Under the pieces are notes generated by a model. It had not been told where the DNA came from. It did not search any database and worked only from the letters and a program-made list of their open reading frames with translations. Of a stretch of 64,000 bases of DNA, positions 39,713-49,702 are shown in pieces (position 1 is the stretch's first letter; each line of letters opens with the position of its first letter). Source of the DNA: Candidatus Binatia bacterium (GTDB taxonomy: Bacteria > Desulfobacterota > Binatia > UBA9968 > CAXXLF01); NCBI GenBank assembly GCA_963664015.2, contig CAXXLF010000002.1:384001-448000 (forward strand). The letters run 5' to 3'. Made by a program: the position numbers and the translations under genes.

Positions 39713-41154
39713 TATTGCGCCATGTATAATCTAACCCAAGGGCGATACGTTGCGCCATTTGTGATTCTAACCCTCCAAGGGCTCACATTAGAGCTCAAGG
39801 AGGGCAACAATGGAAGGGTTCACCATGGCACGACGATCCAAGCAGGAGTATTTACGATCCATCTATGATCGTTATCAGCACGCACCACGGGCACAGAAGG
39901 GAACGATGCTAGAGGAATTCTGCAAGGTTTACGGCTACAACCGCAAATATGCCATCTGGCTTTTAAACCGGCCCTTGCCCGAGGCAACTGTACGCAAACG
40001 GGGTGCACCTCGCTCTCCTACATACAATCGGGCAATGGTAAGGATTTTGGCAAAGGTGTGGGAGGCCTCGGGGTATCTGTGCTCCCAACGTCTGAAGGCC
40101 GCCCTTGTACACTGGTTGCCCTGGATAAGGCAACACTTCGAGCTGACCCAACCGTTAGAGGATCAGCTCCTGGCCATCAGCGCCCGTCAGATGGATCGGC
40201 GCCTGAGGGAAACCAAGCACATCGTGAAACGCCGACTCTATGGCACCACTCGGCCCGGATCGCTACTAAAGCAGATGATCCCGATTAAGACCGATCACTG
40301 GGATGTGAACCGGCCGGGCTATCTGGAGATTGACCTGGTGTCACACTCAGGGGCCTCAGCGGTTGGGGAGTTTGTCCATAGTCTGGACTGTGTCGACATT
40401 GCTACCTGCTGGGTAGAGCGCAAGGCCGTCATGGGTAAGAGCGCTTTGGGTGTCTTGAATGCGGTCACCGAGATCGAACACCAGCTTCCTTTTCCCCTCA
40501 AGGGGATCGACTCCGACAACGGCAGTGAGTTTATCAACAACCGCCTTCTTGCCTTCTGTCAACAACGCCCAGCTGGCCACACCATTCAGTTCACCCGCTC
40601 GCGTCCCTACAAAAAAGATGACAACGCGCACATCGAGCAGAAAAACTGGACCCATGTCAGAAAGCTTATGGGCTGGGATCGCTACGACACCGCAAAGGCC
40701 CAAGAGGCCGCCAACCAGCTCTATGATGAGCTTAGGATCTTCCAGAATCTGTTCCAGCCCTCCATGAAGCTGCGATGCAAGATCCGTATAGGCTCTCGAC
40801 TTATTCGCCGCTATGACACGCCTCGTACCCCGTTCGAACGGGTCGTGGAGTCCCGAAAGGGAGACCCCAAAAAGCTGGCAGCCCTCAAGCACACGCTTAA
40901 GACAACTGATCCCTTCGAGCTCTCTACCCGAATCGATCAGCAACTGCAGCGGATCTACAAGCTGGCCAGCCATGCAGACAGAGCCCCACGAGAGAGACCA
41001 CCGCTGAAACAAACGCCGTGGAGAAACTGGACCTTCAGCAAGAAACTACAGCGCCAACAACAGGACATGAAACGACAGATGCGAGACGACTTCGGTTAGA
41101 TTTTGTAATGACGCAACGAATCCCGCTAGGGTTAGATTTTTTGATGGCTTAACA
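39713..41154 (+). mobile_element. Insertion sequence (ISNCY-type) with repeated terminal motifs
   Basis: Each end has two copies of TTGCGCCAT-N-ATCTAACCC-like units, inverted between ends; flanked by CG...CG. Confidence 0.85.
39810..41099 (+). CDS. DDE transposase (rve integrase core)
   Basis: PGYLEIDLVSH, IDSDNGSEFIN, FTRSRPYKKDDNAHIEQKN. Confidence 0.92.
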   Translation: MEGFTMARRSKQEYLRSIYDRYQHAPRAQKGTMLEEFCKVYGYNRKYAIWLLNRPLPEATVRKRGAPRSPTYNRAMVRILAKVWEASGYLCSQRLKAALVHWLPWIRQHFELTQPLEDQLLAISARQMDRRLRETKHIVKRRLYGTTRPGSLLKQMIPIKTDHWDVNRPGYLEIDLVSHSGASAVGEFVHSLDCVDIATCWVERKAVMGKSALGVLNAVTEIEHQLPFPLKGIDSDNGSEFINNRLLAFCQQRPAGHTIQFTRSRPYKKDDNAHIEQKNWTHVRKLMGWDRYDTAKAQEAANQLYDELRIFQNLFQPSMKLRCKIRIGSRLIRRYDTPRTPFERVVESRKGDPKKLAALKHTLKTTDPFELSTRIDQQLQRIYKLASHADRAPRERPPLKQTPWRNWTFSKKLQRQQQDMKRQMRDDFG

Positions 41155-42579
41155 CGCATAGACAACGTCGCCCGTCTCGTCCCCCGCTCCCTCCCTTCCC
41201 TCATAGGGAAAAGTCACGCACTGGTTAATGGCGGGGTCGCGAAAGACGTTCATTGGATCCTTGCCGTCCTCCATAGTCTCGATCTGCTCACTCAGTAAAC
41301 GGCGAAACAGGATAACCCCCACGTCCGACTCGCCCAACTGTTCCAGATGCCGTTGGGTGCGGGGGCCTTGAGAGCTCCAAGCCATATTGTCCTGACCGCT
41401 GTTGTTTTCCAGGCGCTGCCATACGGGTACGCCGAATTCGTCCACGCCGGACAGCGGAACCTTGTAAGTCGGAATATCCTCGGACATCTGTTGTACGCCC
41501 TCCTCATCGGGCAGCGGCGTGCGGCAGGTGTACCAAATGTAATAGGTGTGGGTGTCGTCCATGGGAACCCGAATCTGGAAGCCCCCACCCCCTGCCCCAT
41601 GCTCGTAATTGGGAAAAAGAATCGGGTGGCCGATGCGCCATGACGCGGAGGTCTCCTCCGACTCACCCTGAAGCAACCGGTGTTTGGTAATACCGTGCTC
41701 GAACACCTTGAAGTCCACCTTGACGTGGTGCACAACCTTCGCTCCTGTGCGCCAGTAGTCGACAGGGGTCTGGCCCTTGGGACGCCCCGGTTCACCGTCA
41801 GGGCCACGCAGGCTACCTTTATCCTCCAACAGTCCCATCTGCTCGAGAACGTAGTTGGTAAAGTAACGGTGCAGGTATTCGCCGTGGACCGGATCCAGGG
41901 AATTTTCCATGATCTGGAGCCAGTTGCAGGGGACCACCGCCCAGCCGATGTCCCGGATCGAGTTCTCCAGCACGAAGGGATACCAGCGCGGTACCAGGGG
42001 AACCGGTTCCGGTCCCAGGTAAGCAAAGACGAGCCCACCGAGCTCTTGCACTGGATAGGCCTTGAGTTTGACCCGGCACTTGAATGTGCTATCGGCTGGC
42101 TCGGCGGGCATTTCTAAACACTGCCCCGTATGATCGTAAAGCCAGCCATGATAGGGACAGCGTAGCCCCTCATTCTCGGGAATGCCGTACAGCAGGTTCA
42201 CTCTCCGGTGTGCACAGGCTTCATCGATAAGACCCAGCCGCCCCTGACGGTCCTTGTACAGGACTAAAGACTCTCCAAGGAGCCTAACGGCCCTGGTTGG
42301 GTTCTTTTTAAGCTCCGAATAAGCGGTGATGGGTTGCCAGTATCGGCGCATCAACTCCCCCATAGGGGTTCCCGGACCAACCTGCGTCAACCGGTTGTTT
42401 TGTTCATCGGTTAGCATCTACGCCTCCTAGCCATTGGGCACACCTGAACCCCGCTACGGACTCACATTCACGGGATATAAAACCACCGCAGCTACCGGTC
42501 TGTCAATAACAACGAGGGTCTAGACATTTTCCACCGTGGAAGCTAATGATCTAATTGTACCTTGAGGATACGAGAAAGA

Positions 42580-43746
42580 ATGGAACCGGAACTTTACCGC
42601 GATTTCGAACATACGGGTCCGAGAACCCTCGCCGGGCGCTATATGCGCACCTTCTGGCAGCCGATCTACCGCGCCGAGGACCTCCTCCCGGGGCACGCAA
42701 TCCCCATCCGAATCATGAGCGAGGATTTCACGCTGTACCGCGGCCATGGCGGAAGGCCTCACCTCGTTAATTTTCGCTGCGCTCACCGCGGGGCACAACT
42801 CTCCACCGGTTGGGTTGAAGACGACTGCATCCGCTGCCGTTACCACGGTTGGAAGTACGATGGTTCGGGACAGTGTATCGAGCAGCCAGGAGAAGAGGCC
42901 ACTTTCAAAAAAAAGGTAAAGATCCGCACCTATCCGACGCGCGAATACCTAGGACTCACATTTGCTTTTTTGGGAGAAGGAGAAGCCCCGCCTTTCAGAA
43001 GCTTTCCTCATTTTGAAGGCCCGGGGCTCCTCCTCATCCTCCCGCGGGAGACCTGGCCATGCAACTATTTCAATCGCATGGACAACGATCCCGACCCGTT
43101 TCACGTGGTATTCACCCACCATGAGTCGGTTCACCGGGCTCAACTACAGGGACGTTATACCAAACGACGGGTGAGCGCCGAAGTGACCCCTTACGGCGTG
43201 AGGGAGACGGTGCGCCTGCCCAATTCGGGATTCGACTTCCTGCACCAATATATGCCAAACGTATTTCAGCTCCGTGTGCGCACCGGTGTGGTCAGCGCTC
43301 GGGGTGCAGATGAAAAAAAGGTATGGGAGGATCGCCTGATCTGGGCCGTGCCCCTTGACGATGAAAACAGTTATCGCTTCGAGATCGATCTGGCGGATGT
43401 GAGCGGTTTCGAGGCCAAAACTTTGGATGCCGATCGCCGGAAACAAGCCCAACGGTCCGGCGACAGCCTGAATTGGTACGGCGAAGAGATCCTGGCCGGG
43501 AAGCTCAGCATTGAAGACCTGAGACGAGACCTCAGTACTTATGAAATTTTCCGGGTCGAAGACTATGTCGTTCAAGTCGGCCAAGGTAGAATCGCCAACC
43601 GATCCGCCGAGCACCTCACCTACCTCGACGCGGGAGTCGTGCTCAAAAGAAAGCTCTGGGAACGCGAGCTCAAGTTGCTCGCCGAGAGCAAACCCCTCAC
43701 CCAGTGGACCATTCCATCCGTACGGGACAATGAGTTGAGAGACTAG
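42580..43746 (+). CDS. Rieske oxygenase alpha subunit
   Basis: GPRTLAGRYMRTFW, CAHRG...CRYHG, DPFHVVFTH, EDY..QVGQG. Confidence 0.92.
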   Translation: MEPELYRDFEHTGPRTLAGRYMRTFWQPIYRAEDLLPGHAIPIRIMSEDFTLYRGHGGRPHLVNFRCAHRGAQLSTGWVEDDCIRCRYHGWKYDGSGQCIEQPGEEATFKKKVKIRTYPTREYLGLTFAFLGEGEAPPFRSFPHFEGPGLLLILPRETWPCNYFNRMDNDPDPFHVVFTHHESVHRAQLQGRYTKRRVSAEVTPYGVRETVRLPNSGFDFLHQYMPNVFQLRVRTGVVSARGADEKKVWEDRLIWAVPLDDENSYRFEIDLADVSGFEAKTLDADRRKQAQRSGDSLNWYGEEILAGKLSIEDLRRDLSTYEIFRVEDYVVQVGQGRIANRSAEHLTYLDAGVVLKRKLWERELKLLAESKPLTQWTIPSVRDNELRD

Positions 43747-43770
43747 TCCGGCCCACCTGCGCAATCGAAA

Positions 43771-43860
43771 AGAATCCTCGCGCCAGGACTTCGTCGTGAG
43801 CTCCCTTCGAGTCTGAGCCTCAGGGTCGAAGACAGTCGAACGACGCCAAGATCGCAAAGA
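43771..43860. repeat. REP-like palindromic element nested in a 9-mer repeat
   Basis: CCCTTCGAG...CTCAGGGTCGAAG...GTCGAACG followed by ACGCCAAGATCGCAAAG; related to 12881-12950. Confidence 0.55.
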
Positions 43861-44138
43861 AACATCTTTTTCCAATCTTCTCCGAACTTATTGTCCTTTG
43901 TGGTTCGGCCGATTCGACAGGTTCAGGGTCCTGGTGAAGTACTCGAACTATGAGTCCATCGAGGGGCGGCATTGAGCGAACTCCTCCTATGCTTAGGTTT
44001 CGGAGAATCGCTTGAAGCCCTGGCGAAGGGGAGAATTTTGTTGAGCTTGTTGCCTTCAACACTTTACTGGTAAGAATCTCAAGGTTAGACTTTTAGACCC
44101 GTCTGGGGTATTTTGCAGCCATCAGGAGGGAAGATAAA

Positions 44139-45326
44139 ATGGGATCAGAAGCCTATCGTGATTTCGAGCATACGGAACCTGGAACCCTTGCCGGCCGCTA
44201 TATGCGTAGCTTCTGGCATCCAGTTTCTCGAGGCGAGGATCTGGCGCCGGGACAGGCGATCCCCATTTTAATCATGGGTGAAAGCTTCACTCTTTTCCGC
44301 GGTGAAAGTCGCGAGTGCTATCTGGTGGCCTCCCGTTGTGCCCACCGCGGGACACAACTCTCCACCGGGTGGGTTGAGAAAGATTGCATTCGATGCCGCT
44401 ATCACGGGTGGAAGTACGACGGATCGGGCCAGTGTGTCGAGCAGCCTGGAGAAGAGGCTACCGACCGGAGTCGAGTTAAGATTCGCGCCTATCCGGTGCG
44501 TGAATATCTGGGTCTTATCTTCGCCTACTTGGGTGACGGTGAGCCACCGTCCTTCAGACGCTACCCCCAATTCGAGGCGTCCGGACTTCTTATCACCCTC
44601 CCACCGGAACACTGGCCGTGTAACTATTATAACCGCCTCGACAATGACGCCGACGGTTTTCATGTGCTCTACACCCACCACGAGTCAATCCAGCGGACCG
44701 GGAGACTGAATCGATATACGGAACGGGGAGTCGGCGCCGAGTTGACCCCCTACGGAGTAAGAACAAGTGTCCGTATGCCGGGTTCAGAACTCGACTATCT
44801 CTATCAGTACATGCCCAACATTAACCAGATCCGGGTGCGCACCGGTGTAGCCAGTGCGCGTGGTGCAGACGAGACAAAGGTCTGGGAGGATCGACTTACC
44901 TGGGCGGTGCCCATCGATGACCGGAACAGCCTTCGATTCGAGATCAACCTAGTCCATGTGACCGGTGAAGCGGCCACCGCTTTGGGAATCAGCCGCCGGG
45001 AACAAAACGAGAGCGGGAGAGACTTCGCCAATCAGTGGGGAGAAAAGATCCTGGCCGGCGAACTGAGTATTGAGGATATGAACCGGGAGTTCAGTACCTA
45101 TGAGCTGTTTCGCGTGGAAGACTACGTCGTCCAGGTGGGTCAAGGACAAATGGCAAACCGCTCCGCAGATCGTCTAGCGCAGATCGATACGGGGGTTGTT
45201 CTCAGGCGAAAACTCTGGGAGCGAGAGTTGATGGCCCTTGTCGATGGCCAACCCCTTACCGAATGGATCATTCCCGAGGTGCGAGACGAAGCGCCGAGGG
45301 AGCAGACAGCCCCGCTTGAGGTATAA
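44139..45326 (+). CDS. Rieske oxygenase alpha subunit, tandem paralog of 42580-43746
   Basis: Long identical blocks (CAHRG.QLSTGWVE.DCIRCRYHGWKYDGSGQC; RVRTGV.SARGADE.KVWEDRL). Confidence 0.92.
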   Translation: MGSEAYRDFEHTEPGTLAGRYMRSFWHPVSRGEDLAPGQAIPILIMGESFTLFRGESRECYLVASRCAHRGTQLSTGWVEKDCIRCRYHGWKYDGSGQCVEQPGEEATDRSRVKIRAYPVREYLGLIFAYLGDGEPPSFRRYPQFEASGLLITLPPEHWPCNYYNRLDNDADGFHVLYTHHESIQRTGRLNRYTERGVGAELTPYGVRTSVRMPGSELDYLYQYMPNINQIRVRTGVASARGADETKVWEDRLTWAVPIDDRNSLRFEINLVHVTGEAATALGISRREQNESGRDFANQWGEKILAGELSIEDMNREFSTYELFRVEDYVVQVGQGQMANRSADRLAQIDTGVVLRRKLWERELMALVDGQPLTEWIIPEVRDEAPREQTAPLEV

Positions 45327-45359
45327 GACCACTAACTATCCTACAAAGGAGTCCAATCT

Positions 45360-46007
45360 ATGGGTGTACTGGAATCTTTGAGTCTCGCCATGGGCGTGGC
45401 CTGGACCTCGGGCATTAACCTCTATGCAACAGTAGCGGTACTGGGCCTCGCCGGTAAATATGAGATGATCCAACTCCCGCCCGAGCTATCGATTCTGATG
45501 CATCCGGTCGTCATTGTCGCGGCCTCGGCCATGTACCTGATCGAGTTTTTCGCCGATAAAATACCCTACGTGGATAACGGGTGGGATGTCCTGCACACCT
45601 TTATTCGAATTCCTGCTGGGGCCGTACTAGCGGCGAAGGCCGTGGGGGACGTTGGGCCCGCCCTGGAGGTCGCGGCCATTTTGGCTGGCGGCGCCGTTGC
45701 CATGGCCGCCCACGGAACCAAAGCAACCACCCGTCTCGCCATTAACACGAGTCCGGAACCTTTCACCAACTGGTTTTTCAGCGTTGGTGAAGACCTAGCC
45801 GTCTTGGGAGCCCTCTGGTTGACCTTCAACCATCCCATGATTATGTTAATTTTCGTTCTCCTCTTCATCGCCCTGGCCGCATGGCTGATACCCAAGATAT
45901 TTAAACTGGTCAAGGCCGGCTTCCAATTGCTCAAGTCCCATTTCACGAAAAATCATGGACCGAGTTCCCCTCCCGGCCCTTCACCATCAGCAAGAGAACA
46001 CTCATAG
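45360..46007 (+). CDS. DUF4126-family membrane protein
   Basis: SGINLYA, EFFADKIPYVD..WD..HTFIR, SPEPF. Confidence 0.88.
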   Translation: MGVLESLSLAMGVAWTSGINLYATVAVLGLAGKYEMIQLPPELSILMHPVVIVAASAMYLIEFFADKIPYVDNGWDVLHTFIRIPAGAVLAAKAVGDVGPALEVAAILAGGAVAMAAHGTKATTRLAINTSPEPFTNWFFSVGEDLAVLGALWLTFNHPMIMLIFVLLFIALAAWLIPKIFKLVKAGFQLLKSHFTKNHGPSSPPGPSPSAREHS

Positions 46008-46050
46008 ATCAAACCTTTACATGAACTATCGAAACCCTAACAGAAGCCCC

Positions 46051-46649
46051 ATGTATCGATTCATCTTTACCATTTGGATTTTCGTGATCCTGCTCACTGC
46101 TTTCCCCGTTGCTCCTCAGTGGCAGGATTTTTAGAGGGCTTCGGGGTAGGTAAAAAAGGGGGCATGAACGATACAAAGATCCAATCAGGGTTAAAAGAGG
46201 CGCTTAAGGTTGGAACGGCCAACACCGTCAATTTGACGGGGCGCACCGACGGGTATTTTCGCAACGAAGCCATAAAGATTCTGATGCCCAAGAGCCTAAA
46301 GACTCTGGACAAAGGATTGAGGCTCGTGGAATACGGCGATCAAGTAGACCAGCTCGTACTAAGCATGAACCGTTCCGCAGAGAAGGCCGCCCCGTTTGCC
46401 AAGCAAATGTTCCTGGATGCCATCCAAAGATGAGCTTTGAAGATGCTCAAAAGATTTTTCCCCGGTGGAGGAACCGCCGCAACCGACTATTTCAAAGGCA
46501 AAACCAGCAAACAACTCGCAGCTGCATTCCGCCGCGTTGTCGAAAAATCAATGAATCAGGTTGGAGGGACCCGGCAATATAAGAATCTAGTGGGACGCTA
46601 TGAGGACATTCCTTTCGCAAAGGGTTTCACCTTTGACGTGGATCAGTAA
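46051..46649 (+). pseudogene. DUF4197-family protein, frameshifted and truncated
   Basis: GLKEALKVG, DGYFRNEAIKILMP, SMNRSAEKAAP, ATDYFK split over frames. Confidence 0.8.
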
Positions 46650-46937
46650 GTAGTAGAGCAGTAAAGCGACTCGTGATGCCGTTACCGTGACTGTTGGGTT
46701 GGTTATATTCTGGCCCGCATTGTTTTTCCTTGCCAGTGGCGACAGGAGCCAAGAGTTGGCGCGGCTCAAGGGAGAAGCCGAAGCCTTGGAGCAATCTGCG
46801 ATTCAAAAGAATTGCAAGAGATTACTGGAGCAGATAGAACGTGAACGAAAAGAAATCGCGAAACGAAAGAAGGTGTCCAAGGCCGAAGAACCAGGAGAAG
46901 ACAGCTGAGGAACACCTACTTCTCCCCCAGCTCCATC

Positions 46938-47609
46938 TCATACTGATCGTTCTGAAGCACAAAGGCACGCTTGAGGCTGCGTTGGAATTGCCCCCAATTC
47001 GGTGCGGCTCTCATTAGCGCAGTTACAGCGGCTAGATGCTCTTTGAGCCTTGGGTGTCCATAGTCTGGTTGAACCACTGGTGATGACGATCTCTGCGGTG
47101 ACCGACTGGCAGTGTCGGGTTTTTCTCGCGTAGCTCTTTAAGTACACTGGGTGCGATACGGGCATATACGATGTCATTGGTGTAGTGGCCAATAACCTGT
47201 GGACGTTTCACGCCGTCTGGTTCCGGCCACCCCTTCAATCGAAGAAACTGGCTGTAAAATTCATAAGGGAAAGTCTTGGTCCAAGGTTGAAGTTCCTTAG
47301 CGATGAACTGTTCAAGAATTGTAGCAAGAGCACGTTGTGCTCGGACCTTTTCTTATCCGGTGGCTTCATCGACTAGGGCGATGATCCCGACGCGAGCAAA
47401 TTTATGGCCCTCCCCTTCACGAAACTAAACAATCGATCACAACCGCCTCCCTGGGCACTGCCCAGAGCCATTCCAAGGCCCGTAATCATTGCGCTTTGCA
47501 CCAATACCCGCGTCTCATCTTCCAGCACATAGCATGGAATTTGGTTCCCCCCGATTATAAGCGGGTGATCCGGTGTTCCAGCAATAACCTTGAGGGGTTG
47601 TTTCTTCAT
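46938..47609 (-). pseudogene. P63C-domain protein remnant
   Basis: IPCYVLEDETRVL and KRPQVIGHYTNDIVYARIAP..LKEL..KNP...RHHQW fragments. Confidence 0.7.
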
Positions 47610-48450
47610 ACGGTCACCCCCAGTCCGCGGTTGATGGTAGAGTTAAAGGCCACGAGAGAGTTTTCCTTGCACAGGTTGTAGCGGTAGCAGAACTCATCAA
47701 CGTAGCGTTGCAGGTGCCTACGGCTGACGCTGTGAAACTGGCCGAACATTCCACGCTTCAAGCCTGCCCAAAACCCCTCGATTGTGATGCTGTGAATATC
47801 GCCGTCCACATACCAGTCTTGATGCTTGATGACGGAATGAGGCAGAACCTTGGACATGCCGAGTTATCCCTTGTACTCATCCGTGATTAAGCGGGCAGTT
47901 AAGGTATCGACTCGGTCCCGAACGAAGGCCCGCATGTGCCGACCCTTCATCTTCTCCTTACCAACAGACTTCGCCGTGACATTGCCCCCACGTTCCACAG
48001 CCGCGATCACCGGAGCCTTTGCGGTTTCACGTCCTCTTTTGTGTTCCCCGTTAGGTCCGTCCCCTAGGGTGCCTTTCCTCGGCTTCCCGCCTATATAGGT
48101 TTGATCCATTTCAACTATGCCGGTGAGTATCCCACGCTGTTCACTTTGAGTCATGGATTTACGGATCTGCATAGCGATCCGCTATGCCGTGTTCTTGTTT
48201 ACTTTAAGATCGCGTGATAGTTGAAGAGCAGAAAGCCGCTTCTTGGCGTTCAATACCAGCATGACCGCGAGGAACCACTTTTGAAGTGGCATATGGGTAT
48301 GGTGAAAGATGGTCCCCACTGTTACGCTAAAAGAGGTTCGACACTTATAACAGCGGTGCCGGTGTTCGCTGCGCGCCGTCTTGGTAGACTTGCAATAAGA
48401 ACAGACCGGCTTGCCCTTCCAGCGCGCCGTTTCTAATAGATAGCGTCATT
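47606..48450 (-). mobile_element. Decayed IS1595-family transposase
   Basis: Zn ribbon (CSYC...CYKC), EMDQTYIGG, TDEYKG, IEGFWAGLKRG, HLQRYVDEF; in-frame TAG (~48182) and TAA (~47864). Confidence 0.85.
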
Positions 48451-48497
48451 ATGTGCCACGGGGGCAACGAAAACCGTGAATAGGATCCCGCCATTTG

Positions 48498-49157
48498 CTA
48501 AAGGGCAGCGGCAACAACACCGCCGAATCCGGCTGAATACAGGTTGACCTGAGTGTTGGGTATCGCACGGTATAGAAACGTGAATGCAGTACTGAGAAAC
48601 AGAAAGGGGATCACAACATGACTCGCAGTTGCCACAACGACTCCCAGGTGCTTGATTTGGAGAATCCACTGTACCAACCAATAGCTTCGAGCAGAGGCAG
48701 TCAGTGCAAAGGCGGCAAAGACCAGGATCGGCCCTACCAGGACCACACTCAGATAGTCGCTGAACATTCGATCCAGTCCCCGGGACCGCCGAACACGCCA
48801 TATGGCATTCAACGAATCCTCGATCTTTCCTATGAGCGAGATCACGGTGTAGAACAGAAACGCCACTCCCAATGCTCCGAGCACACCCACTCTGAGACTG
48901 TTTACGAACTCGATCACGCGAGCGCTAATCTCAATGCCCCCGGAGCCGAGGGGCTTTAACGCCTGGGCGAGAAAAGGCTCGAGCTGATTTTGTACTCCAA
49001 ATGCCTTGAGTACGGAAAAGGCTAAAGCCAAGAAAGGGACCAGAGACAGGAATGTGGTGAAAGTCAGACCGATGGCACTAGGCTCAACATATCCTGCTCG
49101 AACCTGGACCAGGTCACGATACCAAAGCGATAGGAATGCACCTTCACCAGAGGACAT
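48498..49157 (-). pseudogene. YihY/BrkB-family membrane protein, truncated
   Basis: LTFTTFLSLVPFLAL, IEDSLNAIW, LYRAIPNT; C-terminal part missing next to IS1595. Confidence 0.75.
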
Positions 49158-49587
49158 ATGGGCCTTACCCGCTTTAGATACAGGCCTAGTAATTTCTCTT
49201 TACGCAATCGATAACGCATTTAAAGGATTCCGGAGACAAAATATGTAATTGAGAGGGGAAATTCCCTCAAGTTCCCAATTTTATGCAAGAAACATGCCAA
49301 TGGGAGGGTCGTGCCTCAACCTTCCAAGGCATCGAAAGAGCAAAGCTCCGGCTCGTGTCTAGGTTTGATGAAGGGGACGGTTCTTGAATGAAGTCCAAGA
49401 CTGTGCGGCCTGGGATCCTGAGCGGACACTCGTTGAATACAGCGTGCCTCGGCCAGGAAAGCCTAAAAGCAAGTTGGCAAGTTAACTAGGTAGCTAGCGA
49501 ATCAAATCATACCCACCACTGGTCTCGAATCCCCGTGGTCGAGCAAATTAAAGTATTACCGATCCTCCCCGTTGGAAGTCGCATCAG

Positions 49588-49664
49588 TCCTTCGACTTTG
49601 CTCAGGATGGTGAGCTTGTGGTTCGAGTTACCTCACCGCCATGAGCCTGGCGATGGGTCGAACC
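49588..49664. repeat. Nested REP-like palindromic element downstream of lepB
   Basis: CCTTCGACTTTGCTCAGGATGGTGAGCTTGT...GGTTCGAG...GTCGAACC. Confidence 0.55.
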
Positions 49665-49702
49665 ATCATGGTCCCGCGGTAAGCCGACCGGGTTTATTAT
49701 AT

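Larger units (their letters stand above)
39558..42417 (-). pseudogene. Rieske oxygenase alpha subunit interrupted near its 3' end by an IS
   Basis: 41155-42417 has CAHRR...CPYHG and ENSLDPVHGEYLH. The remaining tail YGYTRR...STGTSGKYSP lies at 39558-39712 and is in frame once the IS is removed. Confidence 0.85.

Noticed and set aside
38708-39868. 386-aa plus-strand ORF running into the transposase
   Set aside because: Antisense to the cupin and the Rieske tail; no independent motifs.
42095-42115. CTCGGCGGGC match to the tRNA-Arg 3' end as attR
   Set aside because: Only about 10 nt and inside a coding sequence; expected by chance.
46431-46433. TGA in the DUF4197 gene as selenocysteine
   Set aside because: Homology continues in another frame, it is not a Cys position, and I saw no SECIS-like hairpin.
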